64,000 bases of DNA from an uncultured Planctomycetales bacterium (GTDB lineage Bacteria > Omnitrophota > Gorgyraeia > Zapsychrales > JBDRMG01), in the NCBI GenBank assembly GCA_964478715.1, contig CAYZIY010000006.1, forward strand, positions 23,186-87,185. Reading direction: 5' to 3'. The translations under genes and the position numbers were made by a program. The notes beneath the pieces were generated by a model. The model did not search any database. It saw only the letters and a list, made by a program, of their open reading frames with translations, and was not told the origin of the DNA. Each line of letters opens with the position of its first letter. Position 1 is the stretch's first letter. Positions 27,231-38,453 of the stretch are shown here, one piece after another.

Positions 27231-29438
27231 TTACTTAATAAATTTCTGCCAGGCTAAGACAAGCGGGGTCGCGATAAAGATCGTCGAATACGTACCGCTG
27301 ATGAATCCAATCATAAGACACAGAGCAAAAGTGTTAAGAACTTCGCCGCCCAGAAGATAAAGAGTGACGACCACTAAAAGAGTTGTGATGGTTGTGATGA
27401 TCGTTCGTCCTAGAGATTGATTGACACTGGCATTAAGGACTTCGCGGAAGCTGAGTTTTTTTAGCTTCAGCATATTTTCCCGTACCCGGTCATAAATAAC
27501 GATGGTGTCATTGATCGAATAACCGGCTATCGTCAAGAGAGCCGTAATAACCAAAAGATCGACTTGTCTGCCCAGAGCCACCACTAATCCCAATGTGAGG
27601 ATAACATCGTGTAAAAGGGCGATCACGCCGGCGGCCGCAAAGTCAAAGTGCTTGAAGCGGAATCCGACATAAATCAAAATTCCAAAAAGCGCAAAGACGA
27701 TGGCCAAGATCGCTTTTTCGCGCAGTAGCTTTCCAACGACAGGCCCCACTTTTTCAATACGCAGGATTTCAAAGGAGTTTTCGGGCGCCATCTTTTGAAA
27801 AACATCTTGCACTCTTTGGTATGTATCCTCTGGTGTGCGGATAATGATATTCTCCGGATTTTGATCAAAGCGCTGAATAACAGCGTCTCTCACCCCGGCT
27901 TGCTCAAGAGCGCTTCGCAGTTCTGCGGTTTCGACAGGCTGCTCAAAACGATATTCCTGAAGCTGGCCACCGGCGAAGTCTATTCCGTAGGCCTCGTCTT
28001 TCTTGGAGAAGAAAATATACATCCCGCCGATAATTAAAATCAGTGAAAGGGCATAACAAAAATATCTCTTGGCGACAAAATCGATTTTTGTGTTGCCAAA
28101 AAGTTGAAACATAGGTAGTTTTTTAAGAATTTTAGCATTGAGGAGTAATTCAAAAATGGTTCGGGTCACAACGAAAGCGGTAAAGAGACTGGCCAGCAGA
28201 CCCATGGTCAGGGTGACGGCAAATCCTTTGATGGGACCAGATCCAAATTGAAACAAAATCAGGGCGGCAATCAAGGTTGTGATATTGGAATCAAAGATAG
28301 CCCGGAAGGCTTTATGATAGCCGTTATTGATAGCCGCTCGCAAGGGTCGTCCGTTTCGGATTTCTTCGCGGATTCGTTCATTAATAAGGACATTGGCATC
28401 GACAGCCATGCCGAGAGTCAAAATAATACCGGCGATTCCGGGAAGTGTCAGGGTAACTTGAGAAGCGGGCATCATGACATTCAAAAAGCCCATCAGTCCC
28501 AGAATAATTAAAAGATTCAAAACCAGAGCGATATCTGCTACAAAACCGCTGGTCAAATAATAAAGGAGCATAAAAGCCAGGACAATGCACCCGCCTATGA
28601 GGGTAGCCTTAATGCCTGCATTGATGGAATCTTTCCCCAGAAGAGGACCGATGGTGCGTTCTTCCTCAATGCGCATGGGGGCAGGCAGGGCGCCGGAGCG
28701 AAGTGATAAAGCCAGCAAGCTTGCATCTTCGAAGGTAAACAAACCGGTGATTTCGGCCTGACCGGAGAGAATCGGTTCGCGGATATTTGGCGCCGAAATA
28801 ACCTTTCCATCGATAACAATAGCCAATTGCTTGCCCACATTTTCTTGTGTCAATTTACTGAAGGTTTTGGCTCCTTGCGAATCAAAAGACAAAGAAATTT
28901 TTGGTTCCCCAAAGCCGGATTGATTAAAATCAACACGGGCATCTTTTACATGCTCGCCTTCAAGAGTCATAGTATCTTTGATAAGAATCGGCTCTCTTTC
29001 CTTTGTTTCTCGGTCCTCGATATATTTCAAGACATATCCTTCGGGGACATCGCCCTTAAGAGCTTGTTTTAGTTTTACAGGATCTCCTACCAGCCGGAAC
29101 TCCAGTTGGGCGACTTTGCCGATAATGGCCAGGGCATTATCGCGATCAGTGACCCCCGGCAGTTGAATAATGATATCATCCTCCCCCTGTCTTTGAATCA
29201 CTGGTTCGGAAACACCCAGAGCGTCAATCCTGTTTCTGAGAATTTCCATTGCTCTTAAAACGACATCACTTCGAGCGTCATCATCCAATTTTTCTGTTTC
29301 GACTTTAACGATCAAATGCATGCCGCCTTTAAGATCCAATCCGAGATTGATCCTTTTTTCAAGTGGAAAAGTGAAGTAGATCGAAGCTAAAAGCACCCCC
29401 AGGATCAATAGGATTTTCCATTTCAGATTTTTTCCCAT
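27231..29438 (-). CDS. secDF: Protein translocase subunit SecDF (fused SecD-SecF)
   Basis: 735 aa with two 6-TM bundles and periplasmic domains. yajC lies immediately upstream. Confidence 0.9.
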   Translation of the reverse strand: MGKNLKWKILLILGVLLASIYFTFPLEKRINLGLDLKGGMHLIVKVETEKLDDDARSDVVLRAMEILRNRIDALGVSEPVIQRQGEDDIIIQLPGVTDRDNALAIIGKVAQLEFRLVGDPVKLKQALKGDVPEGYVLKYIEDRETKEREPILIKDTMTLEGEHVKDARVDFNQSGFGEPKISLSFDSQGAKTFSKLTQENVGKQLAIVIDGKVISAPNIREPILSGQAEITGLFTFEDASLLALSLRSGALPAPMRIEEERTIGPLLGKDSINAGIKATLIGGCIVLAFMLLYYLTSGFVADIALVLNLLIILGLMGFLNVMMPASQVTLTLPGIAGIILTLGMAVDANVLINERIREEIRNGRPLRAAINNGYHKAFRAIFDSNITTLIAALILFQFGSGPIKGFAVTLTMGLLASLFTAFVVTRTIFELLLNAKILKKLPMFQLFGNTKIDFVAKRYFCYALSLILIIGGMYIFFSKKDEAYGIDFAGGQLQEYRFEQPVETAELRSALEQAGVRDAVIQRFDQNPENIIIRTPEDTYQRVQDVFQKMAPENSFEILRIEKVGPVVGKLLREKAILAIVFALFGILIYVGFRFKHFDFAAAGVIALLHDVILTLGLVVALGRQVDLLVITALLTIAGYSINDTIVIYDRVRENMLKLKKLSFREVLNASVNQSLGRTIITTITTLLVVVTLYLLGGEVLNTFALCLMIGFISGTYSTIFIATPLVLAWQKFIK

Positions 29439-29452
29439 AAAGCGAAGCTCCT

Positions 29453-29740
29453 TTACTCTTCTTTTGGCTTTGTTTTGACTGTACTGACGGCTTCTTTATC
29501 AAGTTCTATTTTTACATTATCGTCAAAGCGGGCGATAATCGTTTTGTCTTTGACATTGACGACTGTTCCGTGTAGGCCGCCGGCCGTTATGATTTCATCG
29601 TTTTTCTTTATGTTCTCAACCATGTCTTTGTGCTGTTTTTGCTTATCTTTTTGAGGTTTAATAATAAAAAAATAAAAAATTATAAAGATAAGTAAAAATT
29701 GAAACAAAACCATGGGATTTATTCCTTGTTCACCAGTCAT
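29453..29740 (-). CDS. yajC: Preprotein translocase subunit YajC
   Basis: Single TM helix and the AGGLHGTVVNV motif. Confidence 0.8.
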   Translation of the reverse strand: MTGEQGINPMVLFQFLLIFIIFYFFIIKPQKDKQKQHKDMVENIKKNDEIITAGGLHGTVVNVKDKTIIARFDDNVKIELDKEAVSTVKTKPKEE

Positions 29741-29778
29741 AGGAAAATGATCCTTTCGTTAGAAGTTATCGAAATCAA

Positions 29779-30030
29779 TTAGGATTTCTTTTTCGTTTTC
29801 TTTACCAAACTGCGGACCGTTTCGGTCATTTGAGCGCCGCGCTGAATCCATTTATCGATTTTGTCATGATCGACATGGATCAAGGCGGGATTTTGGGCCG
29901 GATCGTAGTAACCTAAAATTTCCAGCACCCGTCCTTCACGAGGCGCTTTTCGGCTAATTGCAACGATCCGACTGTTGTGTCTTTTTTTTGCTGATTTCCC
30001 TGCTTTTTGCAAGCGAATACGGACTTCCAT
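29779..30030 (-). CDS. rpsP: 30S ribosomal protein S16
   Basis: RIRLQKAGKSAKKRHNSRIVAISRKAPREGRVLEILGYYDP. Confidence 0.85.
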   Translation of the reverse strand: MEVRIRLQKAGKSAKKRHNSRIVAISRKAPREGRVLEILGYYDPAQNPALIHVDHDKIDKWIQRGAQMTETVRSLVKKTKKKS

Positions 30031-30047
30031 CTGTGAGCATCCTTTCT

Positions 30048-31592
30048 TTAATCAATGTGGTTGCTGGCAAGTTCAATGGCTTTGACTTGCGCTTTGGCTT
30101 TGTTAATGGTTTCCTGAAATTCTTTGCGCGGATGGGAATCTGCCACGATTCCTGCGCCCGCCTGTATATAGGCCTTCTTCTTATCCATGATAATGGTTCT
30201 GATGGTGATACAGGTATCGGAATTCCCATAAAAATCAAAATAACCGACGCAACCGGCATAGGGACCGCGGGTATGAGGTTCAAGATTTTCTATAATTTTC
30301 ATAGCCCGGATTTTGGGCGCGCCCGATACAGTCCCGGCCGGAAAAGAAGCCTGAATAACATCAAAATAGTCTTGTCCAGGCTTAAGCTCCCCGCGGACAT
30401 TACTGACGATGTGCATGACATGGGAATATTTCTCAATATTCATAAATTCGCTGACATGAACACTGCCTTTTTTACAAACCCGACCGAGGTCATTCCGACC
30501 CAGATCAACAAGCATGATATGCTCGGCCTTCTCTTTGGGATCTTTAAGTAAATCTTTGGCTAACTGCTGGTCTTTTTTTTCATCCATTCCCCGGGGTCTG
30601 GTTCCGGCAATCGGGCGCGTTTCAACGTTTCCATTTTCGACTCGGACCAGCATTTCGGGTGATGAACCGGCGATATGCAATCCGTCAAAATTGAGATAAA
30701 ACATGTAAGGCGAAGGATTGACGGATCTAAGAGCCCGGTAGACATTTAAAGGGTCCGTTGCTAATTTCACATGGAATCTCTGGGAGAGAACTGTTTGGAT
30801 AATGTCACCGGCACGGATATTTCTTTTAGCGCTTTGCACGATCGATTCAAAGCGCTTTTGACTCATATTTGAGCGAACCTTGATTCTTGATCTCAATCGA
30901 GGTCTTTTCCTATTGATGGACTGGCTATTAATTGAGGTCTTAAGTTCCTTAATGATTTGATTGATTTTACGTATGGCCTGGTGATAGGCTTTGATTTTAG
31001 AGAGCTTTGATCCATCTGGATTGACAGTTGCGCAAGAAACGACTTTAATCTTGTGAGCGAGGTGATCAAAAATGATCAACTGTTTGGCCAGGATAAATAC
31101 CATGTCAGGTAAATTCAAATCGTCTTTTGCTTGAGACGGAATTTTTTCAAAGAAACGGACAATGTCATAGCTCATAAAGCCGACCAGGCCGCCGCAAAAA
31201 CGCGGCAGGCCTTCGACCGCGACAGGACGATATTGTGCCATGAGCTCTCTGAGAAATTCCAATGGTGTATCAAAGATATTCATGAAGTTTTCGGTCTTTT
31301 TTGATTGATGATATCGAATGATTCGGGCTTTGCGTCCTTTGCTGGAAAAAACGAGCTCCGGATCTTTGGCTAAGAAAGAATATCGGGCTACTTTTTCTTC
31401 CCCCTCAACAGACTCCAGAAGAAAAGAATATTTTGACTTTTTAGTCAATTTCAAATACGCGGAAACCGGAGTTTCCGTATCTCCCAGAAATTCCCTGAAG
31501 ACAGGAACTAGATTTCCTTTCTTGGATAATGACAGAAATTGTTTTTGTGATGGTATAGCTTGGTTCATAGCTGAATTCTTCGATAAAAACAT
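30048..31592 (-). CDS. Chorismate-utilising enzyme, anthranilate synthase component I / aminodeoxychorismate synthase (TrpE/PabB family)
   Basis: Chorismate-binding C-terminal domain ([18 protein letters not shown]...). Overlaps hisI by 28 nt. Confidence 0.8.
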   Translation of the reverse strand: MFLSKNSAMNQAIPSQKQFLSLSKKGNLVPVFREFLGDTETPVSAYLKLTKKSKYSFLLESVEGEEKVARYSFLAKDPELVFSSKGRKARIIRYHQSKKTENFMNIFDTPLEFLRELMAQYRPVAVEGLPRFCGGLVGFMSYDIVRFFEKIPSQAKDDLNLPDMVFILAKQLIIFDHLAHKIKVVSCATVNPDGSKLSKIKAYHQAIRKINQIIKELKTSINSQSINRKRPRLRSRIKVRSNMSQKRFESIVQSAKRNIRAGDIIQTVLSQRFHVKLATDPLNVYRALRSVNPSPYMFYLNFDGLHIAGSSPEMLVRVENGNVETRPIAGTRPRGMDEKKDQQLAKDLLKDPKEKAEHIMLVDLGRNDLGRVCKKGSVHVSEFMNIEKYSHVMHIVSNVRGELKPGQDYFDVIQASFPAGTVSGAPKIRAMKIIENLEPHTRGPYAGCVGYFDFYGNSDTCITIRTIIMDKKKAYIQAGAGIVADSHPRKEFQETINKAKAQVKAIELASNHID

Positions 31593-31915
31593 GTCTTACG
31601 TCCCGTGTGGCAGGCGCCTCCAATCTGACGGACTTTTATGAGCAGGCAGTCGCAATCGCAATCATAGGAGATGCTTTTGACAAACTGAAAATGACCGCTG
31701 GTCATCCCCTTGACCCAGAATTCTTTACGGGAACGCGACCAGAAGCATGTTTTCTTTATTTTGAGAGTTTTCTTCAAGGATTCAAGGTTCATGAAAGCCA
31801 TCATCAAAACTTCTTTACTGCGATAATCTTGGACAATAGACGGAATAAGCCCCTCTTTGTTAAATTTTAATTTTTTTAGATTTCGCTTTGTGATTTTGAT
31901 TGTACCGGGATTCAT
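31565..31915 (-). CDS. hisI: Phosphoribosyl-AMP cyclohydrolase (HisI only, no HisE fusion)
   Basis: [21 protein letters not shown] motif. Confidence 0.85.
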   Translation of the reverse strand: MNPGTIKITKRNLKKLKFNKEGLIPSIVQDYRSKEVLMMAFMNLESLKKTLKIKKTCFWSRSRKEFWVKGMTSGHFQFVKSISYDCDCDCLLIKVRQIGGACHTGRKTCFYRRIQL

Positions 31916-32670
31916 CAGATGCGTGTCCTTATTTTATTTTTGTTTAAGTAATTTTTCATTTCTTCAATGGGTATTTCATTGTAATGAAAAACAGATGCGG
32001 CTAAAGCGGCATCAGCCCCTGTTTGCTTAAAGACATTGACAAAATCTTCCTTTGTTCCTGCCCCGCCCGACGCAATAACAGGAATATTCACCGCTTTACA
32101 GACAGCCTGCGTCAAAGCGAGATCATAACCGTTCTTTGTGCCGTCAAAATCCATGCTGGTCAAGAGGATTTCTCCGGCCCCGCGCTCCTGCGCTTCTTTA
32201 GCCCAGGACACGGCCTCTTTTTCGGTTTGCGTGCGCCCTCCGTGAATAAAAACCTTCCAGTTATCATTACACTTTTTAGCATCAATGGCCACCACAATGC
32301 ATTGACTTCCAAAAAGTTGAGCCGCTTCTATAATTAAATCCGGATTCAAAACAGCGGATGTGTTGATGGAAACTTTATCAGCTCCCGCATTCAGCAGGTT
32401 TCTGATATCGTCTACATTATTGATGCCCCCTCCCACGGTTAAGGGCATAAATACCTGTTCCGCCGTATTTTTGACAACCTCAATAATAATTTTGCGATTT
32501 TCGTGACTGGCTGTGATATCCAGAAAAACAATTTCGTCGGCATGTTGGCGGTCGTATGCTTTGGCCACTTCTACTGGATTGCCGGCATCGCGCAGATTGA
32601 TGAAATTAATACCTTTAACCACGCGGCCGTCTTTAACATCCAGGCAGGGTATTATCCTTTTTGTGAGCAT
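31915..32670 (-). CDS. hisF: Imidazole glycerol phosphate synthase cyclase subunit
   Basis: [17 protein letters not shown]-terminus. Confidence 0.95.
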   Translation of the reverse strand: MLTKRIIPCLDVKDGRVVKGINFINLRDAGNPVEVAKAYDRQHADEIVFLDITASHENRKIIIEVVKNTAEQVFMPLTVGGGINNVDDIRNLLNAGADKVSINTSAVLNPDLIIEAAQLFGSQCIVVAIDAKKCNDNWKVFIHGGRTQTEKEAVSWAKEAQERGAGEILLTSMDFDGTKNGYDLALTQAVCKAVNIPVIASGGAGTKEDFVNVFKQTGADAALAASVFHYNEIPIEEMKNYLNKNKIRTRI

Positions 32671-33383
32671 AATTCGATTACATCCCGCAAGAAAACTTTT
32701 CGTTCATAAAGAGCTTTACCGATGATCATGCCACTTAAGCCCTCAGCTTCAATTTTTTTTAGATCCATTATGTCTTTAAGGCTGCTCACGCCGCCTGAGG
32801 CAATGACCGAGACGGATACGGCTTGAAGGATTTGCTTGATTCCTTCAATATTGGGCCCCCTGAGAGTTCCATCACGGGTTATATCTGTATAAACAAGGGT
32901 TTTAAGTCCCATTTGCTCCAGTTCTTTGACGAAATCGACGGCATCAATATTCGAAATACTGGTCCATCCGCGGGTCGTAATCTTGCCCCGCATGCAATCG
33001 ATGCTTACGGCAATGCGGTCACTCCATAGATTCAGGATTTCTTGAAGGCAGAGACGGTTTTCGATCACCCTTGTTCCCAAAATCACTCTCTTAACACCCA
33101 TATCGATCAGCTTGGCAATGTCATCATTTTCGCGAATCCCTCCTCCAACTTCGATAGGGATATCAATTTCATTCATAATTTTTTCAATGATTTCGCCGTT
33201 TTCCATCTTGCCTTTTTCAGCTCCGTCCAAATCGACAATATGCAGCATCTGAGCACCAGCCTCAGCCCAATCTTTAGCAATCTGAAGAGGCCGATCGCTG
33301 TATATGGTTATTTCCTGGAATTTTCCCTGGGAAAGGCGCACCACTTTTCCCCCGCGGAGATCAATCGCTGGTATGACAATCAT
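32652..33383 (-). CDS. hisA: 1-(5-phosphoribosyl)-5-[(5-phosphoribosylamino)methylideneamino]imidazole-4-carboxamide isomerase
   Basis: [18 protein letters not shown]-terminus. Confidence 0.9.
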   Translation of the reverse strand: MIVIPAIDLRGGKVVRLSQGKFQEITIYSDRPLQIAKDWAEAGAQMLHIVDLDGAEKGKMENGEIIEKIMNEIDIPIEVGGGIRENDDIAKLIDMGVKRVILGTRVIENRLCLQEILNLWSDRIAVSIDCMRGKITTRGWTSISNIDAVDFVKELEQMGLKTLVYTDITRDGTLRGPNIEGIKQILQAVSVSVIASGGVSSLKDIMDLKKIEAEGLSGMIIGKALYERKVFLRDVIELCSQKG

Positions 33384-33384
33384 C

Positions 33385-33990
33385 TTATCCTCTCTCGATA
33401 AAATTTTTAATGATCGCTAGTCCTAATTCCTGACTCTTTTCCGGATGGAACTGAACTCCGTACAGATTTTGGTGCCAAATGCTGGATGTGAAATCATTTC
33501 CGTAATCAGTTATGGTTGCTGAGATTTCCGTATCTTGGGGCTCAACGTAAAAAGAGTGACAAAAATAAGCATAGGAATTATTTTCCACTCCGTCATAAAG
33601 CGGACATTCGCTTTTTTTGATATTTAGATTATTCCATCCCATATGAGGGATCTTAAGATCATGATTAAAGCGGACCACCCGGCCTTTAATAATCCCCAAG
33701 CCCTCGACACCGCCACTCTCATCACCTTTTTCAAATAACAGTTGGAGACCCAGGCAGATACCCAAAAACGGTTTACCTTCAGTAATGGCTTTTTCGATCG
33801 CCCCGATTAAGTTAAGGGATTGGAGTTTCTCCATGGCTGGTTTCATAGCTCCCACGCCGGGTAGGACAATCCTATCTGCTTTTTCAAGGTCTGATTTATT
33901 TTGTGTAATATAAGTTTTTTCCCCCATTTTTTCAAAGGCTTTTTGGACACTTCTCAAATTTCCGGAATCATAATCGATGATGGCAATCAT
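33385..33990 (-). CDS. hisH: Imidazole glycerol phosphate synthase glutaminase subunit
   Basis: Class I GATase with GICLGLQLL and HMGWN motifs. Confidence 0.9.
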   Translation of the reverse strand: MIAIIDYDSGNLRSVQKAFEKMGEKTYITQNKSDLEKADRIVLPGVGAMKPAMEKLQSLNLIGAIEKAITEGKPFLGICLGLQLLFEKGDESGGVEGLGIIKGRVVRFNHDLKIPHMGWNNLNIKKSECPLYDGVENNSYAYFCHSFYVEPQDTEISATITDYGNDFTSSIWHQNLYGVQFHPEKSQELGLAIIKNFIERG

Positions 33991-34625
33991 TAATCGATGA
34001 TTCCCTTTGTTGAAGGGATTCCTTTACGGCGCGGATCAATCTGTGTGGCTTGATCCAGGGCCAAACCCAAAGATTTGAAGATCGCTTCAAGATTAGTATG
34101 CAGATCATTGCTGATATTGGTGACCTCTACATTGATATTGGCTCCCAGGCTATGGGCCAAAGATTCCAGGAAATGCTCCAGATATTTAAAGGCGTATCCT
34201 TCGGGATCGCTGGCTGCCTCCAGTTGACCTCCCCGCTGGTTGATTGACAGATAGCCGCGTCCGCTGATATCGATAACTGTCCGAGCCACAGTGGCTTCCA
34301 TCAGAGCGCAAGCACACCCGAATCGGCGGATGCCGGTCTTTTCATCGAGGGCTTTTTTAAATATTTTGCCCAAGACAATACCGATATCTTCATTGACGTG
34401 ATGAATATCTACATTGGTATCAGCTTTTTTGACAGTCAAATCTAAGTTAAAAAGGCCATGAAAAGCAAAGAGCTCCAGCATATGGCTTAAAATCCCTATG
34501 GGGGTTTTGATTTTTGTTGATCCTTCTCCGTCAATATTTAATTGAGCGCTGATTTCTGTTTCTTTACTGTTTCGTTCTAAAGATGCGGTTCGTTTTTTCA
34601 TGGTGATTGCTCCCCTATTATTCAA
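33990..34625 (-). CDS. hisB: Imidazoleglycerol-phosphate dehydratase
   Basis: RNTKETEI-like N-terminus (RNSKETEISAQLNIDG) and HHVNEDIGIV motif. Confidence 0.9.
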   Translation of the reverse strand: MNNRGAITMKKRTASLERNSKETEISAQLNIDGEGSTKIKTPIGILSHMLELFAFHGLFNLDLTVKKADTNVDIHHVNEDIGIVLGKIFKKALDEKTGIRRFGCACALMEATVARTVIDISGRGYLSINQRGGQLEAASDPEGYAFKYLEHFLESLAHSLGANINVEVTNISNDLHTNLEAIFKSLGLALDQATQIDPRRKGIPSTKGIID

Positions 34626-35841
34626 AACGGATATTGACCGATTCGTAGTGCTTGGTCAATCCCTCAAGCTTGGCAATTTTCTCTAAAGGCTCTCGCGCTT
34701 TTTCCAGAGCCTTTTTGGAATAAGAGATGATATGGCTGGTTTTTGTAAAATCAGAGATGCATAACCCGCTAAAAAATTTAGCCGTGCCCAGCGTCGGCAG
34801 CACATGACTGGGCCCGGCGACATAATCACCAACGGCAATCGGGCTGTATGGACCAAGAAAAATAGCACCGGCATGAGAGATTTTATTAGCAACGGCCGCA
34901 GGATTATTGGTTAAAATTCCTAGATGCTCTGGAGCGATACGGTTGGCGATTTCGATCGCTTCATTAATGTTCTTAGCATAGACCATGTAGCCTTTAGGAA
35001 CTTTGCTTTTAACCTGTCGCATTAATTTTCTGGATGTGGTGATCAAGATCGCCAAACCGCCTAAATGTTCAGCTTGGGCTTCAAGATCCGCCACCACATA
35101 ATCGGGATTACTGTGACGATTGGCTATGACAGCCAATTCCGAAGGTCCGGCCAGCATATCAATATCGGCAAATCCGAAGATTTGACGTTTGGCTTCGGTA
35201 ACATACATATTCCCCGGGCCGATGATTTTGTCAACCGGAGGGATTGTTTTTGTTCCAAAAGCTAGGGCGGCGATAGCTTGCGCTCCGCCGATGCGATAAA
35301 TTTCGTTAACTTTTAACAAATTAGCGACCGCCAGAATATGAGGATTGACGTGTCCCTGGCGATCAGGCGGAGTGACTAGAGCGATTCGCTTAACACCAGC
35401 TACCTTGGCCGGGATCACAGTCATGTAAACTGAGGAGACGAGCGGAGCCGTTCCGGCCGGCACATACACCCCGACCGATTCCAAAGGTTGAATGCGTTCT
35501 TTTAGAAGAACACCGTCCTGGCTATTAACGCGGCATGGTTTCTTGCATTGTTTTTTGTAAAAGAGCGTGACATTATTGATGATCATTTTAAGCGTTGCAA
35601 TAAATTCACTGTCGATATTCTGAAATGCCCCGCTGATTTCATTTTCGGCCACTCGAATCTGACGGGAATTGATTTTTGCTTTGTCAAAAAGCTTGGTGTA
35701 TTTGACAATGGCCTCATCTCCGTTTTGACAAACGTCATCGAGGATTCTTTTGACTTTTTCTTCGATATGTTTCTTACGGCTGAACCGATTTCGATTATAG
35801 AGTTTCAGAAGATTTTGTCCGGTTGTTTTGAGTGTTCTCAT
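34618..35841 (-). CDS. hisD: Histidinol dehydrogenase
   Basis: 407 aa with full-length HisD motifs (GPSHVLPT). Confidence 0.9.
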   Translation of the reverse strand: MRTLKTTGQNLLKLYNRNRFSRKKHIEEKVKRILDDVCQNGDEAIVKYTKLFDKAKINSRQIRVAENEISGAFQNIDSEFIATLKMIINNVTLFYKKQCKKPCRVNSQDGVLLKERIQPLESVGVYVPAGTAPLVSSVYMTVIPAKVAGVKRIALVTPPDRQGHVNPHILAVANLLKVNEIYRIGGAQAIAALAFGTKTIPPVDKIIGPGNMYVTEAKRQIFGFADIDMLAGPSELAVIANRHSNPDYVVADLEAQAEHLGGLAILITTSRKLMRQVKSKVPKGYMVYAKNINEAIEIANRIAPEHLGILTNNPAAVANKISHAGAIFLGPYSPIAVGDYVAGPSHVLPTLGTAKFFSGLCISDFTKTSHIISYSKKALEKAREPLEKIAKLEGLTKHYESVNIRFE

Positions 35842-38453
35842 GATGTTAATTGCCCCTTGATGATTTGTACGGCTTCTTTGATTGCTTTGTCCAAATAGGT
35901 GTGGTTTTTACTGCCCGCCTGGGCCATTTGAGCACGGCCGCCCCCGCTGCCTTGGATAATCGGCGAAACATCTTTGATAATTTGATCGGCCTTGATATCT
36001 TTTTTAATAAGATCACCGGAAACAGTCACTAATAAGTAAGCATTATTTTCGATGTGCGAACCGAGTATAACGGCTGCGGACTTCTTTTTACTCTTAATTA
36101 AATCGCAGATTTGTCTCAAGAGGCCCGTAGAAAAATTTTTAAAAATATGACTGACAATAACTGTCTGACCCACCTTTTCAGCTTTATTAATGATCTGTTC
36201 GAGATCCGACTTGATCAAATCCAGCTGAATTTTTTCAAACTCTTTACTCATGTCCTTTATTTTTTTTGCCTGAGTTTTAATACGATCAACGATTTCAGAC
36301 TGAGGAGATTTCAGTAGATAGCCGATTTCTTCGAGCAGCTGCTGTTGGCTTAAAACTATTTCAAAAGCGCCTGCTCCGGTTTTAGCTTCAATTCGCCGTA
36401 TTCCCTGAGCGATGGCGGTTTCGCTGATGATTTTAAAAAGACCGATTTGGGCGATCGAATCGATATGAGTGCCTCCGCAGAGCTCCAGGGAGATATCTCC
36501 TATAGAAATCATCGTCACTTTTTGTCCGTATTTCTCGGCAAAGAAAGCCAGAGCGCCGCGTTTCTTCGCTTCATCCAGAGTAAGTGCCTCCTTTTTGACA
36601 TCCAGGCTGGAGAGAATATACTGATTTACCGTTTTTTCAATTTTTGTGATTTCCTGCCGGCTCAATCCTTTCGGGTGCGAAAAATCAAAACGAAGCCGGT
36701 CGTCGGTTACTAAAGAACCTTGTTGCCTGATATGTTTTCCTAAAACGCTGCGCAAAGCGGCTTGCAGTAGGTGCGTGGCTGTGTGATTGCGCATGATATT
36801 AATTCGCCTTTGACTGTTGATTTGCGACTGAATGGTCTCGCCTTTTTCAAAACAGCCTTTTTTTACAGAACCCAAATGGATAAAAATGTCAGCGATTTTT
36901 TGGGTATCCTCGATTTGAATTTCATTTTCGTTTGCGCTGATAAGGCCGGTATCCCCTATCTGGCCCCCGGATTCTGCATAAAAAGGGGTTTGATCCAAAA
37001 TCACTTTCACTTCATCGCCTTGAGCGACGCTTTCAACTTCCTGGGTTCCTTTAAAAATTTTAAGGATTTTTCCGGCGGTCTTGTATTGCGTTGTTCCAAG
37101 GAATTTTGTTTTCGGCAAATCAAGATCCATGCCCAGATTCGTGAAAACATCGCCGGTCATCTTGCTTGATAAACGTGAGCGCGTTTTCTGGTCTTCCATC
37201 AGGCGGTTAAATTCGTCGATTCCTTTTTCAATTTCTTTAGGATCGATATCGAGTGACTGAGCGGTCTTGATGATTGTCGGCAAAGTAAGACCGTAAGTGT
37301 CACGATAATTGAAAAAGATCTCCCCTAAATCCTGACCGTTTTCAATGTGCTGTTTAAGTTCTGGGATACGATCTTTGCGGATGCGAAAATAAGCCTCTTC
37401 GCTTCTTTGAACAGCTTGGGTGATTTCATCACATTTTTCCGTCAATTCGGGATAAGGCTCTTTCATGACATCAACCACAGCAGGAACTATTTTATGAATA
37501 ACGGCTGATTGGGCTCCGGCATTAGCGGCCAGATCGCAGGTATCAACGATCAGGCGCTTGATAACATATCCCCGGTTTTCGTTTGAGGGAATTACTCCAT
37601 CGCAGATTCCAAAGACAACCGCGCGGATGTGATCGGCAATCAGATATTCCTGCTGTTGATCTAAAGAACCAATTTCCTTTCGGATGGCTTGACGAATCCG
37701 GACAAACAGATCAATATCAAAATTATTGGTCTTTCGCTGCATGATACAGGCCAGGCGCTCTAATCCCATGCCGGTATCGATGTTTTTATTGGGCAAAGGT
37801 TCAAGCCTTCCGCTCTCCATCCGGTTATATTGAGTGAAAACAAGATTCCAGATTTCGCTGAAACGTCCGCAGTCGCAGGCCGGTGAGCATTCTTTTTTCC
37901 CGCAGCCGACATCTGTTCCAAAATCATAAAATATCTCAGAACAGGGACCGCAGGGGCCATTGGGTCCTTTGGTTTTCGCTTCGGCTGGCCAGAAATTGCT
38001 CTTGTCGCCGAGCTTGACAAGTTTTTCTTCGGGAATATGGATTTCGTTTAACCAAATATGTTCCGCTTCCGCGTCATCTTCATAAACGGAAACCCACAAT
38101 TTTTCTTTGGGGAGATTCAGCTCCTCGGTCAGAAATGCCCAGGCCCAGGCAATCGCTTCCTTCTTGAAATAATCGCCGAAGGAAAAATTGCCCAGCATCT
38201 CAAAAAATGTATGATGAAAAGCGGTATGACCGACCTCTCCTAGATCATCGGTGCGCAGGCATTTTTGAGATGAAGCTGCTTTTGTATATTCGTCGATTTG
38301 GCCGAGAAACTGTTTTTTAAATTGCTGCATACCGGCCGTTGTAAAGAGGACGGTGGGGTCATCTTTGGGGACCAGCGAGTCGCTTTCAACAATGGTGTGG
38401 CCGCGGTGTTTAAAAAAATCGAGAAATTTTTGACGGATTTCGTTAATTGTCAT
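35838..38453 (-). CDS. alaS: Alanine--tRNA ligase
   Basis: 871 aa with class II core plus editing domain (HTATHLL). Its stop overlaps the hisD start (ATGA). Confidence 0.95.
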   Translation of the reverse strand: MTINEIRQKFLDFFKHRGHTIVESDSLVPKDDPTVLFTTAGMQQFKKQFLGQIDEYTKAASSQKCLRTDDLGEVGHTAFHHTFFEMLGNFSFGDYFKKEAIAWAWAFLTEELNLPKEKLWVSVYEDDAEAEHIWLNEIHIPEEKLVKLGDKSNFWPAEAKTKGPNGPCGPCSEIFYDFGTDVGCGKKECSPACDCGRFSEIWNLVFTQYNRMESGRLEPLPNKNIDTGMGLERLACIMQRKTNNFDIDLFVRIRQAIRKEIGSLDQQQEYLIADHIRAVVFGICDGVIPSNENRGYVIKRLIVDTCDLAANAGAQSAVIHKIVPAVVDVMKEPYPELTEKCDEITQAVQRSEEAYFRIRKDRIPELKQHIENGQDLGEIFFNYRDTYGLTLPTIIKTAQSLDIDPKEIEKGIDEFNRLMEDQKTRSRLSSKMTGDVFTNLGMDLDLPKTKFLGTTQYKTAGKILKIFKGTQEVESVAQGDEVKVILDQTPFYAESGGQIGDTGLISANENEIQIEDTQKIADIFIHLGSVKKGCFEKGETIQSQINSQRRINIMRNHTATHLLQAALRSVLGKHIRQQGSLVTDDRLRFDFSHPKGLSRQEITKIEKTVNQYILSSLDVKKEALTLDEAKKRGALAFFAEKYGQKVTMISIGDISLELCGGTHIDSIAQIGLFKIISETAIAQGIRRIEAKTGAGAFEIVLSQQQLLEEIGYLLKSPQSEIVDRIKTQAKKIKDMSKEFEKIQLDLIKSDLEQIINKAEKVGQTVIVSHIFKNFSTGLLRQICDLIKSKKKSAAVILGSHIENNAYLLVTVSGDLIKKDIKADQIIKDVSPIIQGSGGGRAQMAQAGSKNHTYLDKAIKEAVQIIKGQLTS

